Shown one piece after another: positions 1-6,984 of a DNA stretch of 64,000 nt (position 1 is its first letter; each line of letters opens with the position of its first letter). Position numbers and translations under genes: made by a program. The notes below the pieces were generated by a model, which made no database searches, had not been told where the DNA came from, and saw nothing but the letters and a program-made list of their open reading frames with translations. The DNA comes from a virus. The stretch is from positions 64,001 through 128,000 of IMG/VR virus record IMGVR_UViG_3300043449_002191; one strand, 5' to 3'.

Positions 1-112
1 AACCATTTATTTCTATTGCGGATAACACCATAAAGGTATATCCCACTACAAGGACGGCAAGCGATATTAGCAAGATGGAAGCTTTCAAAAATGCTTTAAT
101 AATCTTATTCAT
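1..112 (-). CDS. Membrane protein, cargo of the cassette array (runs off window edge)
   Basis: ATG at 112 overlaps the WEPEDE* junction. Reads MNKIIKAFLKASILLISLAVLVVGYTFMVLSAIEING, hydrophobic and open to position 1. Not in ORF track. Confidence 0.7.
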   Translation of the reverse strand, partial: MNKIIKAFLKASILLISLAVLVVGYTFMVLSAIEING

Positions 113-314
113 CTTCAGGCTCCCAAGCGTTTACGCCTTCTAGGTCCGATCCTAGCGCTTTAACTTCTGGTGGTAACATTCCTAAATCTTCCATAGCCAA
201 TAATAATTCACTAGCAACCATTTCCCAGTATTCTTTTGGGTCTCTCTCAGTATAGTCCATTCTCGGTGTCATAATAACTTGAGCCATATATTTCACCATT
301 TCACTTCGTTTCAT
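105..314 (-). CDS. Array repeat-family protein R5 (MKRSE-GMLPP-WEPEDE)
   Basis: MKRSEM start, LGMLPP core, WEPEDE* end shared with four neighbours; GAGGT SD upstream of ATG 314. Confidence 0.85.
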   Translation of the reverse strand: MKRSEMVKYMAQVIMTPRMDYTERDPKEYWEMVASELLLAMEDLGMLPPEVKALGSDLEGVNAWEPEDE

Positions 315-561
315 CTTCAACCTCTTTTAAAGAATCCAAAAACTTCCAGAATATATGTAAGTGAAATTTACTAGGGCTCACTGGAGAGTATTCACCACAG
401 TCTGGGCATCTATAGGCCACAATTCCATCATATATGCCAAGAAAGCCGCCGTCAATGCCTATTTCGCGTTTCCAGACATATGGGGGACTATAGTTGTGTT
501 TAAGATCATCTGGAATTTCCTCACCAATCCAATTTGAATTACATATAGGACAGTTACTCAT
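301..561 (-). CDS. Small zinc-ribbon protein, copy 1 (array cargo)
   Basis: CPIC...CPDC; near-identical to 1229..1489; ends EDETK*. Confidence 0.85.
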   Translation of the reverse strand: MSNCPICNSNWIGEEIPDDLKHNYSPPYVWKREIGIDGGFLGIYDGIVAYRCPDCGEYSPVSPSKFHLHIFWKFLDSLKEVEDETK

Positions 562-775
562 CTTCAGGCTCCCATAAGCATTCGCTAGATACTAAAGTAT
601 TACCGTTATCTTGATCTATATACCTAATTGTTTCTGGGGGTAGCATGCCAGCTTTTTCTATTTCTAATAATAAGCCACTAGACATGGTAATTCTATCCTG
701 TTCAGTAGAACAAGTGCTAGTATCATTATCTTTTATCCAGTCTGCTAGGATTTTAAGGATCTCACTTCGTTTCAT
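554..775 (-). CDS. Array repeat-family protein R4
   Basis: MKRSEI...AGMLPP...WEPEDE*. Confidence 0.85.
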   Translation of the reverse strand: MKRSEILKILADWIKDNDTSTCSTEQDRITMSSGLLLEIEKAGMLPPETIRYIDQDNGNTLVSSECLWEPEDE

Positions 776-1007
776 CTTCAATCCCTTCGTTTAAAGCCGC
801 AATCAATGCATCTGCATATTTTAGCGCTGCTGCTGCTGTTAGTTTACCAGTGTCTTGATAGTCAGGAAAAAAGCTTGCGTTATGTGATATTAGCCCTTGC
901 ATCGCCAAAGCTGCAAAATGCTCACGTTTAGTTAAGCCAACGCATTGACCTACACCGCCATTATCAGCAAATGTTACTCCTATTGGTTCATGTGGGTTAG
1001 TTTTCAT
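762..1007 (-). CDS. Conserved phage hypothetical protein (GLTKREHFAALAMQG...ADAL family), array cargo
   Basis: Resembles the widespread phage G(M/L)TxRxxFAxxAMQG...ADA(M/L) small proteins; start moved to ATG 1007 at the junction; ends EDETK*. Confidence 0.8.
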   Translation of the reverse strand: MKTNPHEPIGVTFADNGGVGQCVGLTKREHFAALAMQGLISHNASFFPDYQDTGKLTAAAALKYADALIAALNEGIEDETK

Positions 1008-1242
1008 CTTCAGGCTCCCACTCATACACATCTGGCAATTCCCCTAGAGACTTTCCATCCATGCTGGTCACTTGGTAAGTTTCCAATGGAGGCGGCAACA
1101 TACCGAACCCCTCAATCATATCTAGTAATCTAGATGCTCTACGCTTAAAGGTAGCCTCTTCTGTCTCATTACCGTGTTTACCATTCACTTCAGGGTCGGC
1201 CAGTTCATCAGCCATTAAATCTATCATCTCACTTCGTTTCAT
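997..1242 (-). CDS. Array repeat-family protein R3
   Basis: MKRSEMIDLMAD...FGMLPP...WEPEDEN*. Confidence 0.85.
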   Translation of the reverse strand: MKRSEMIDLMADELADPEVNGKHGNETEEATFKRRASRLLDMIEGFGMLPPPLETYQVTSMDGKSLGELPDVYEWEPEDEN

Positions 1243-1489
1243 CGTTGACCTCTTTTAAAAAATCCAAAAACTTCCAGAATATATGTAAGTGAAATTTACT
1301 AGGGCTCACTGGAGAGTACTCGCCGCAATCTGGGCATTTCAAAGCCACAATACCATCATATATGCCAAGATAGCCGCCGTCAATACCTATTTCGCGTTTC
1401 CAGACATATGGGGGACTATAGTGATGTTTAAGATCATCTGGGATTTCTCCACCAATCCAATTTGAATTACAATTAGGACAGTTATTCAT
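1229..1489 (-). CDS. Small zinc-ribbon protein, copy 2 (array cargo)
   Basis: CPNC...CPDC; paralog of 301..561; ends NDETK*. Confidence 0.85.
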   Translation of the reverse strand: MNNCPNCNSNWIGGEIPDDLKHHYSPPYVWKREIGIDGGYLGIYDGIVALKCPDCGEYSPVSPSKFHLHIFWKFLDFLKEVNDETK

Positions 1490-1691
1490 CTTCAGGCTCC
1501 CATAAGCATTCGCTAGATACTAAAGTATTGCCGTTATCTTGATCTATATACCTAATTGTTTCAGGGGGCAGCATACCAGCCTTCTCCATCTCCTTTAAGA
1601 CAAGGACCATTCTATCTCTAGTGGTATAACTATTCGTTGTGAACTTAATATAGGTATCAGCCATTAAATCTAACATCTCACTTCGTTTCAT
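1482..1691 (-). CDS. Array repeat-family protein R2
   Basis: MKRSEMLDLMAD...AGMLPP...WEPEDE*; C-terminal half identical in protein to R4. Confidence 0.85.
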   Translation of the reverse strand: MKRSEMLDLMADTYIKFTTNSYTTRDRMVLVLKEMEKAGMLPPETIRYIDQDNGNTLVSSECLWEPEDE

Positions 1692-2226
1692 CTTCAGACT
1701 CCTTCTCATTGGCTATCTCCACAGCAAATAATAGATTTAGTTCTTGTTGGGCAGCAACATAAGCAGCATCAGCAGCAGCGGCAGCAGCATAAGCAGCAGT
1801 AGCAGCGGCATCAGCAGCATAAGCAGCAGTAGCAGCAGCGGCAGCAGCGGCAGCAGCATAAGCAGCATAAGCAGCAGCATAAGCAGCATAAGCAGCAGTA
1901 GCATAATAAACAAGTTGCTTATTATTTTCTTTAATTATTTTTAGATAGAGTTCGGCAGCGTTAATTGCTTTTCTTGGTCTTTTGTCATTAGGATACTTTT
2001 CTTCAAAGACATGTAAAACAGATGATGCACATTTTAATGCAAATTTAACATTCTGTTGTTTTGTAAACAAGTTTGTAATTACCCAAATTTTGTCTGAATA
2101 ACTAATATTTTCTAATAATACAAAATCTTCAATATTATTATCAAAATCTTTGTAATGTTCTAAAAAATTATCAAATCTATTTTTGCAAGGATTTAACTTT
2201 TCTATAATTTCTTTATTAATTTTCAT
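1678..2226 (-). CDS. Imm5-like phage protein with Ala/Tyr-rich tail (array cargo)
   Basis: FALKCASSVLHVFEEKYPNDKRPRKAINAA motif followed by (AAY)n/poly-Ala; start ATG 2226 at junction; ends EDETK*. Confidence 0.7.
   Translation of the reverse strand: MKINKEIIEKLNPCKNRFDNFLEHYKDFDNNIEDFVLLENISYSDKIWVITNLFTKQQNVKFALKCASSVLHVFEEKYPNDKRPRKAINAAELYLKIIKENNKQLVYYATAAYAAYAAAYAAYAAAAAAAAATAAYAADAAATAAYAAAAAADAAYVAAQQELNLLFAVEIANEKESEDETK
1751..1904 (-). repeat. Low-complexity GCT/TAT codon repeat encoding Ala/Tyr tract
   Basis: Tandem gcagca/taagcagca units on + strand. Confidence 0.9.
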
Positions 2227-2443
2227 CTTCAGGCTCCCAGTCAACTGCTACTCTAAATGTATAATGCTTTCCTTGGCCATCCTCAATTGTGGGCTTCATG
2301 CCTCTATTCTCAAATTCACCAAGAATAAAGTCAACCATTTTTCTTGGGCTAGACGATATATTGCTGTCAATGTACTCTGCAAAGATATTAGCCACAGCCT
2401 CCACCATCTCACTACGTTTAATTTTTCCTACTCCTCGATACAT
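2216..2443 (-). CDS. Array repeat-family protein R1 (divergent, 5'-most copy)
   Basis: IKRSEM...RGMKPT...WEPEDEN*; start uncertain. Confidence 0.75.
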   Translation of the reverse strand: MYRGVGKIKRSEMVEAVANIFAEYIDSNISSSPRKMVDFILGEFENRGMKPTIEDGQGKHYTFRVAVDWEPEDEN

Positions 2444-2637
2444 GATACCCCCAAAGAGCTTTTAATTCTGTAGCAGATCTTTCCTGATTCTTTATCAAAA
2501 TACCGCTCTACATCATCCCAAATAGGTCTTTCATCTTCTATTATATCTTTTTTCTTGTCTAAGTTCAGGTGTATTGGCCCAGACTCAATACAACCCGAAG
2601 TCAAAAGCGCTGCTAAGACTATCACTTCCTTAAGCAT
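2428..2637 (-). CDS. Small putative lipoprotein (paralog of 2622..2828)
   Basis: Lipobox-like LTSG-C; HLNLDK and ERYxDxExGxxCY...GxSC shared. Confidence 0.75.
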   Translation of the reverse strand: MLKEVIVLAALLTSGCIESGPIHLNLDKKKDIIEDERPIWDDVERYFDKESGKICYRIKSSLGVSCIEE

Positions 2638-2828
2638 GAAATTCCTCTAGCGTTTCTAACAGTATAGCAAACCACGCCGTATTCCTCGTCAATATAACGC
2701 TCAAGGTCAGATGTTCCTCTGCTTTCTTGTTTAATTCTTTTGTCTAGGTTTAAATGTTTACGGCTAAACTTTTTGCCACAACCAGAAAACAGCATAAGCC
2801 CAATAATTACCATTACAATTTTTTTCAT
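2622..2828 (-). CDS. Small putative lipoprotein
   Basis: MKK + hydrophobic stretch + LFSG-C lipobox; shared motifs with 2428..2637. Confidence 0.75.
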   Translation of the reverse strand: MKKIVMVIIGLMLFSGCGKKFSRKHLNLDKRIKQESRGTSDLERYIDEEYGVVCYTVRNARGISCLRK

Positions 2829-3319
2829 GGCCGCACTCCTTTAACCAAAGTCAAAAATGAAAGCTTTTCATTCAGGCACATTTTTGTAGTATCTGCTAGA
2901 ACAAACTCTTTTGGAGTCTGGGGATAATATACATCACCTTCGATAACTTTATCAATTACAGTCATGTAAATCTTATCAGTCATAGGGAGAGTCTTTTCAT
3001 AGATAGCAGCCCCACCGATAACAAAAACTTCACCTGTTTTATCTAGACCTTTAGCCAACTCAATGGCACTTTCAATGGAATCCACAAACTTAAGATTCTC
3101 GGTCTCTTTTATAGCTTTGGGTTTAGAGGTGATGACAATGTTCATGCGATTCTTTAGGGGTGATTTAATAGACTGGAAGGTCTTTCTGCCCATAATAACT
3201 ACATGGCCCGTAGTCCTAGCTTTAAAGTAAGCCAGCTCTTCAGGGATATACCATGGGATAATTCCGCCACGTCCGATAACACCATTTTTAGCCATGCAAA
3301 CAATATGAGAAAGCGTCAT
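2825..3319 (-). CDS. folA: Dihydrofolate reductase
   Basis: NGVIG..G.IPW, VIMGRKTFQSI, PLKNRMNIVIT, VIGGAAIY, GDVYYP. Confidence 0.95.
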   Translation of the reverse strand: MTLSHIVCMAKNGVIGRGGIIPWYIPEELAYFKARTTGHVVIMGRKTFQSIKSPLKNRMNIVITSKPKAIKETENLKFVDSIESAIELAKGLDKTGEVFVIGGAAIYEKTLPMTDKIYMTVIDKVIEGDVYYPQTPKEFVLADTTKMCLNEKLSFLTLVKGVRP

Positions 3320-3735
3320 TTTGTGTCGCCTTTCTCTAACGAATTTAATTGCATTACTCGAACAAACATTCCGTCATAATAAGCTCGCAATTTAACATCG
3401 AAAAGCGTATTTGTCCAGGTATCTTCAGAGGTTAGACTAAGTGTAATGTATTTTTTTTCAATATCTATCGAGTACAAATTAAACCCAAGAACAGTTAGGC
3501 GCTCCATTGCTATTTCTCTACCCACTTTTTTATTAAACTGATCTCCTGGGTGGAGAAACGCTGCCCCTACTTCCAAAGGAAAAGCTGCTGCATAGTAGTT
3601 ATCTTTAATTGCATTTGATGCAAACTCTACTAAGTCAGAAAACTGAGGTACTTCAATTACAAATGTACCGCAATTTCTCCGGCCATTGTAGCGTGGCTTC
3701 TCTGGACGGTTGTGGATAGTTGCATACCGATTCAT
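3316..3735 (-). CDS. Phage hypothetical protein
   Basis: HPGDQFNKKVGREIAMERL resembles a common phage DxFxKKxGRxIA motif; GGAGG SD. Confidence 0.7.
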   Translation of the reverse strand: MNRYATIHNRPEKPRYNGRRNCGTFVIEVPQFSDLVEFASNAIKDNYYAAAFPLEVGAAFLHPGDQFNKKVGREIAMERLTVLGFNLYSIDIEKKYITLSLTSEDTWTNTLFDVKLRAYYDGMFVRVMQLNSLEKGDTK

Positions 3736-3763
3736 TACGACCTCCGTATTGATTTATTATACC

Positions 3764-3847
3764 TTAATTCCAAAAGTCGTTGTAATACCACCAATCCAAA
3801 GTCATACCAGAAAAAAGTACAATCATTAGTATAATTGCGTATTCCAT
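3764..3847 (-). CDS. Putative 27-aa membrane peptide
   Basis: MEYAIILMIVLFSGMTLDWWYYNDFWN; GGAG SD and TAATG overlap with upstream gene. Confidence 0.5.
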   Translation of the reverse strand: MEYAIILMIVLFSGMTLDWWYYNDFWN

Positions 3848-4488
3848 TATTTCTCCAAAGACTTTCTCAGGTTATCTGTTTCCAATATTACTCTTTCTTT
3901 ACTAAAGTCTAACTTTAATATTTGACAATTTTCATATCTAGGAAAGCTATCGTATTGACTTGCATCAGAATCAAGCAAAGCACATAAAAGCATAGTTATG
4001 TGTACTTGATGAGAAAAAACCATGATGTTGCCTTTAATACGACCCATCATGTAGTCCAGCTTCAATTTATTAACAAAAGTGACTGCTCTAGTGTAAGTGT
4101 CGGCTACGCTTTCGCCATTTTTAAAGCGGTAATAGAATTTGCCGTATCTGTCACGCTTTTCCAAGGTATCTTCAATATCAAGCTTATCTTTAAAATTTTT
4201 CCACTCCTGCTCTCGTATAAGAGCCTCCACATTAACAGTCTTAGCTTTAAGACCTTGAGTAGCAAGTTCATAAGTTTCCATTGCTCTTTTATAAGGGGAC
4301 ACGTAAATATGCACCTCAGAGTCATTCACCTTTCCCAAATCTCTCATAAGGTAATAGCCAGCCTCAATGCTCTGAATTCTACCTTCTTGGGTCAACGAGA
4401 TGTTTTGATCTAGCTCAGGGTAATGCTCATTATTTTTTTGCCTAACATTTCCTTCGGATTCACCGTGTCTAATTAAATAAATTTTCAT
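3847..4488 (-). CDS. Histidine phosphatase (phosphoglycerate mutase-like)
   Basis: YLIRHGESEGN, VSPYKRAMET, IREQEW, GESVAD, VFSH. Confidence 0.92.
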   Translation of the reverse strand: MKIYLIRHGESEGNVRQKNNEHYPELDQNISLTQEGRIQSIEAGYYLMRDLGKVNDSEVHIYVSPYKRAMETYELATQGLKAKTVNVEALIREQEWKNFKDKLDIEDTLEKRDRYGKFYYRFKNGESVADTYTRAVTFVNKLKLDYMMGRIKGNIMVFSHQVHITMLLCALLDSDASQYDSFPRYENCQILKLDFSKERVILETDNLRKSLEK

Positions 4489-4517
4489 AATACCCAAACC
4501 TCTTTTACAATTTTAAA

Positions 4518-4655
4518 TTAATAAATATAACAGGTATGTATTAAACCTTTTCCGTAGCAATATTCAGAGTTTATCTTGTGTATTTTATCAAGATTGTGGC
4601 TACTACAGACTATTTTGCCATTATACTCTAATTTATAGAGCGCCAATCGATTCAT
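4518..4655 (-). CDS. Hypothetical 45-aa protein
   Basis: GAGGT SD; MNRLALYKLEYNGKIVCSSH...; fills the intergenic gap. Confidence 0.5.
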   Translation of the reverse strand: MNRLALYKLEYNGKIVCSSHNLDKIHKINSEYCYGKGLIHTCYIY

Positions 4656-4689
4656 ATATACCTCACAGTAAAAGCATCCAATGCAATTA

Positions 4690-4800
4690 GTCGCCCATCC
4701 GTGGGCAACATTTTTAGGAAACAGTCGAACAGCAAGTGGGGCACGACTTTCGAGTTAACCGTATGGGCTCCCCAGCCCACCACCTTTCCTCGTCCTAACA
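4690..4800 (-). ncRNA. Candidate structured RNA (GC-rich, multi-stem)
   Basis: Closing TTAGGA/TCCTAA, inner AGGTGG/CCACTT, hairpin TGGGCT-GGGG-AGCCCA, downstream hairpin GTTGCCCA-CGGA-TGGGCGAC; TATACT -10 at 4806-4811. Confidence 0.5.
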
Positions 4801-4864
4801 AAACCAGTATATCAAAGATTAATTAAAAGTAAAGAATTATTTTTAGTAGGTATCAAACTGAGAA

Positions 4865-5080
4865 TCAGTCTTCTTCGATCTCGCCATAAACCTTGAGGTC
4901 AAAAACGCCTTCTTCTTCTGTAGGCGAATAAGTGTAAACCCAGTCAGGGCACCACCGTTGATACTCAGATTCTTTCATGAGTGCTTCTTCCAAGTATGAT
5001 AAAGACATTTCCATGTCATCCATGTCCGGTTTCCACTCAGCCTCATAAATAAGCCTTTTGGCTGGGCCATGGTCCATCAT
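4865..5080 (-). CDS. Acidic hypothetical protein
   Basis: ORF coupled to upstream aldolase gene. Confidence 0.65.
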   Translation of the reverse strand: MMDHGPAKRLIYEAEWKPDMDDMEMSLSYLEEALMKESEYQRWCPDWVYTYSPTEEEGVFDLKVYGEIEED

Positions 5081-5658
5081 CGCTTAACTCCTGATTTGAG
5101 TACGATTTCGCAAACATGGTCTGCTCGTTCAATATGCTCATAGCATTCCCAAGGATTACTTCCTACTACGCATACGCCATGTAAGGCCTGAGCAACGATA
5201 TCGCTACCTGTTAGCATTAAGTTCCTATAAGTGGACTCACCAAGTTCCTCTGAAACTGCAGGAATAATAGGTACATCTGGCCCTACTTTAGTATATCGTG
5301 ACAATTCAATGAATTGAGCAGCAATTTCCTGTAAAGACCATCCAGCATATAATGCCGCAATAATGTGAGTAGGATGAGCATGAACTACAACTCTGGTTGA
5401 GCTATTATCATGCAATTGGATTAACTTGTGCATATGCAGTTCACCGGAAGGTTTTGAACCATCTGGAATTACCAGATTGTTGCCATCTACCTTCATCTTG
5501 ATGATATCTTCAACTCGTAGCACGTTTTTTCTGACACCACTTGGAGTTATATATATGATATTGCTGCCTTTACGTCTTAGGGATGCATTGCCATCTCTGG
5601 TTGTAATCCAGCCTCGTTCATATAGTCTTTTCATCACATCGCACATTGCCGTGATCAT
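5077..5658 (-). CDS. Class II aldolase/adducin family protein
   Basis: DGNASLR, ITPSG, PSGELHMH, VVHAHP, LHGV Zn-binding motifs. Confidence 0.92.
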   Translation of the reverse strand: MITAMCDVMKRLYERGWITTRDGNASLRRKGSNIIYITPSGVRKNVLRVEDIIKMKVDGNNLVIPDGSKPSGELHMHKLIQLHDNSSTRVVVHAHPTHIIAALYAGWSLQEIAAQFIELSRYTKVGPDVPIIPAVSEELGESTYRNLMLTGSDIVAQALHGVCVVGSNPWECYEHIERADHVCEIVLKSGVKR

Positions 5659-5897
5659 TGCTTCTCCGGTCTAAAATACAAGTCTAACTCTCTGGATTGG
5701 ATATCATAAGACGTATCTGAACCAAGAAGCCCTACGGTGTAGATGTGGACATTTGTTTGACTGCTTAGCGATAGATTTAGAGTAATTGTTCTGATGGCAG
5801 ATGGGTTTAAGAACATGGGCGTTTCTGATACAGCTGGACCCTTAATCGTAGCGTCATATTGAATTCGATAACCTTTAATGAAATCTGATATATCCAT
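5655..5897 (-). CDS. Hypothetical protein
   Basis: ORF in coupled operon. Confidence 0.65.
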   Translation of the reverse strand: MDISDFIKGYRIQYDATIKGPAVSETPMFLNPSAIRTITLNLSLSSQTNVHIYTVGLLGSDTSYDIQSRELDLYFRPEKQ

Positions 5898-5898
5898 T

Positions 5899-6108
5899 TT
5901 ATTTCCCCTTTACTTTTACAGATTTAGCCAAACGCTCTTGCTTTTCGCAAAACTCTGAGGCTTCTTTGTTAAATTTAGCGGTACTAACCTGACGCTTCAA
6001 TTTGATATACGAGTGCATACAACCAATCCAAAAATCGCTTTTTTTAGCCCTCTTTGGTGCAGATTGGCATCCAATTGCAAAAATAATTGACAATAATAGA
6101 TATCTCAT
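5899..6108 (-). CDS. Putative lipoprotein
   Basis: MRYLLLSIIFAIG-C lipobox-like; two further Cys. Confidence 0.7.
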   Translation of the reverse strand: MRYLLLSIIFAIGCQSAPKRAKKSDFWIGCMHSYIKLKRQVSTAKFNKEASEFCEKQERLAKSVKVKGK

Positions 6109-6109
6109 A

Positions 6110-6271
6110 TTAGCGCATCTCCCTTAACATAGCAGCAATAAAGATACCGCTAGCAATTGCAGAAATTAAACCTGGAATACTGAAGGTTAAAATACCACTT
6201 AACATCCATAAACTACAGGCGATTAGCCTTAATCTAGGAAGCTTTTTTAGACGTGCAATAAATAAAATCAT
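6110..6271 (-). CDS. 53-aa membrane protein
   Basis: GGAGGT SD; MILFIARLKKLPRLRLIACSLWMLSGILTFSIPGLISAIASGIFIAAMLREMR; not in ORF track. Confidence 0.65.
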   Translation of the reverse strand: MILFIARLKKLPRLRLIACSLWMLSGILTFSIPGLISAIASGIFIAAMLREMR

Positions 6272-6304
6272 TTTACCTCCACAGAAGAATTATAGTGTTT
6301 TTTC

Positions 6305-6334
6305 TTGCATTATTATACTTTTTTGTGGTAGAAT
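6305..6334 (+). promoter_or_regulatory. Sigma70-like promoter for 6356
   Basis: TTGCAT-N18-TAGAAT with TG extension; AGGAG SD downstream. Confidence 0.55.
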
Positions 6335-6355
6335 TATAGAGTAATAGGAGGATAT

Positions 6356-6868
6356 ATGAAAAAGCTTATTTTGATAGGGCTGTTAGCTTTTTGCTCAAAC
6401 GGTGTAGCCGATGAGGGATCAGTTTATTATGAACGAATTAATGCAGCGTTTACTTGGGATGGAGTTTTTAGTTTAGATGAGTATAAGCGTTATACGTTTG
6501 AGGGTCACGGGGTTGGCTTACAAACAGATGTATTGCAGTATGAAGAATTTCGTATTAGGACTAACACTCATTTAGTTCAAGGTAATTACGGTGTTATGTA
6601 TGGCGCTGGAGTGTCAGCCTTTCCTTTATGGTCGATTACTCGTAATCTTAAACTTGCCCCTGAATATAACTTAGGCTTTGACCTTTTTTCTACAAATAGC
6701 TTTTCTCCTTATAAGTCAACTCAATTAAATTTTAGCTCAAAGATTGGGCCTAAGTTAAAATATAAGGATCTTGAAGTTGGGGCTTATGTCTTTTACTCAG
6801 ACTCACTGAGCGGTGTAAATCTTTCAGGCACAAGCCTTCAGGTGAACTATACAATTTGGGGGTATTGA
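6356..6868 (+). CDS. Putative small outer-membrane beta-barrel protein (moron-like)
   Basis: Signal peptide MKKLILIGLLAFC..A, alternating aromatic/Gly strands, C-terminal aromatic; own promoter and terminator. Confidence 0.6.
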   Translation: MKKLILIGLLAFCSNGVADEGSVYYERINAAFTWDGVFSLDEYKRYTFEGHGVGLQTDVLQYEEFRIRTNTHLVQGNYGVMYGAGVSAFPLWSITRNLKLAPEYNLGFDLFSTNSFSPYKSTQLNFSSKIGPKLKYKDLEVGAYVFYSDSLSGVNLSGTSLQVNYTIWGY

Positions 6869-6899
6869 TTCAAAGTTGATATCATATGATAACAAAAAG

Positions 6900-6923
6900 A
6901 CCCACAGGAAACTGTGGGTTTTT
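6900..6923 (+). terminator. Intrinsic terminator (probably bidirectional)
   Basis: ACCCACAG-GAAA-CTGTGGGT-TTTT with preceding A-run, between convergent genes. Confidence 0.85.
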
Positions 6924-6984
6924 ACTTTAAAAATAGGATTAAATATAGAGTGTAGATCTAGTTATAGGCACAAAATTAAAGAGA

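Larger units (their letters stand above)
301..1590. repeat. ~360-bp imperfect direct duplication (301-~660 vs 1229-~1590, offset 928)
   Basis: Long identical tracts with clustered, mostly synonymous differences. Confidence 0.9.
105..2239 (-). repeat. Two alternating junction repeats: A = TGGGAGCCTGAAGATGA(A/G) at ~105-125, 554-574, 997-1020, 1482-1502, 2216-2239; B = (GAA)GATGAAACGAAGTGA at ~301-318, 762-779, 1229-1243, 1678-1695
   Basis: Read directly as ttcatcttcaggctccca and tcacttcgtttcatc on + strand. Confidence 0.92.

Noticed and set aside
301-1590. Duplicated segment as DGR template/variable repeat
   Set aside because: Differences involve all bases, many at synonymous positions, and are not adenine-specific; no reverse transcriptase seen.
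1744-1944. Ser-rich plus-strand ORF
   Set aside because: Antisense shadow of the Ala/Tyr repeat.
105-2239. Junction repeats as a CRISPR array or attC sites
   Set aside because: Two alternating ~18-nt repeats with ~200-550 bp coding intervals, not palindromic, and no cas or integrase gene in the window.
4714-4798. tRNA or RNase P RNA from GTTCGA and GAGGAAAG words
   Set aside because: No cloverleaf around GTTCGA; far too short and lacking other RNase P conserved regions.
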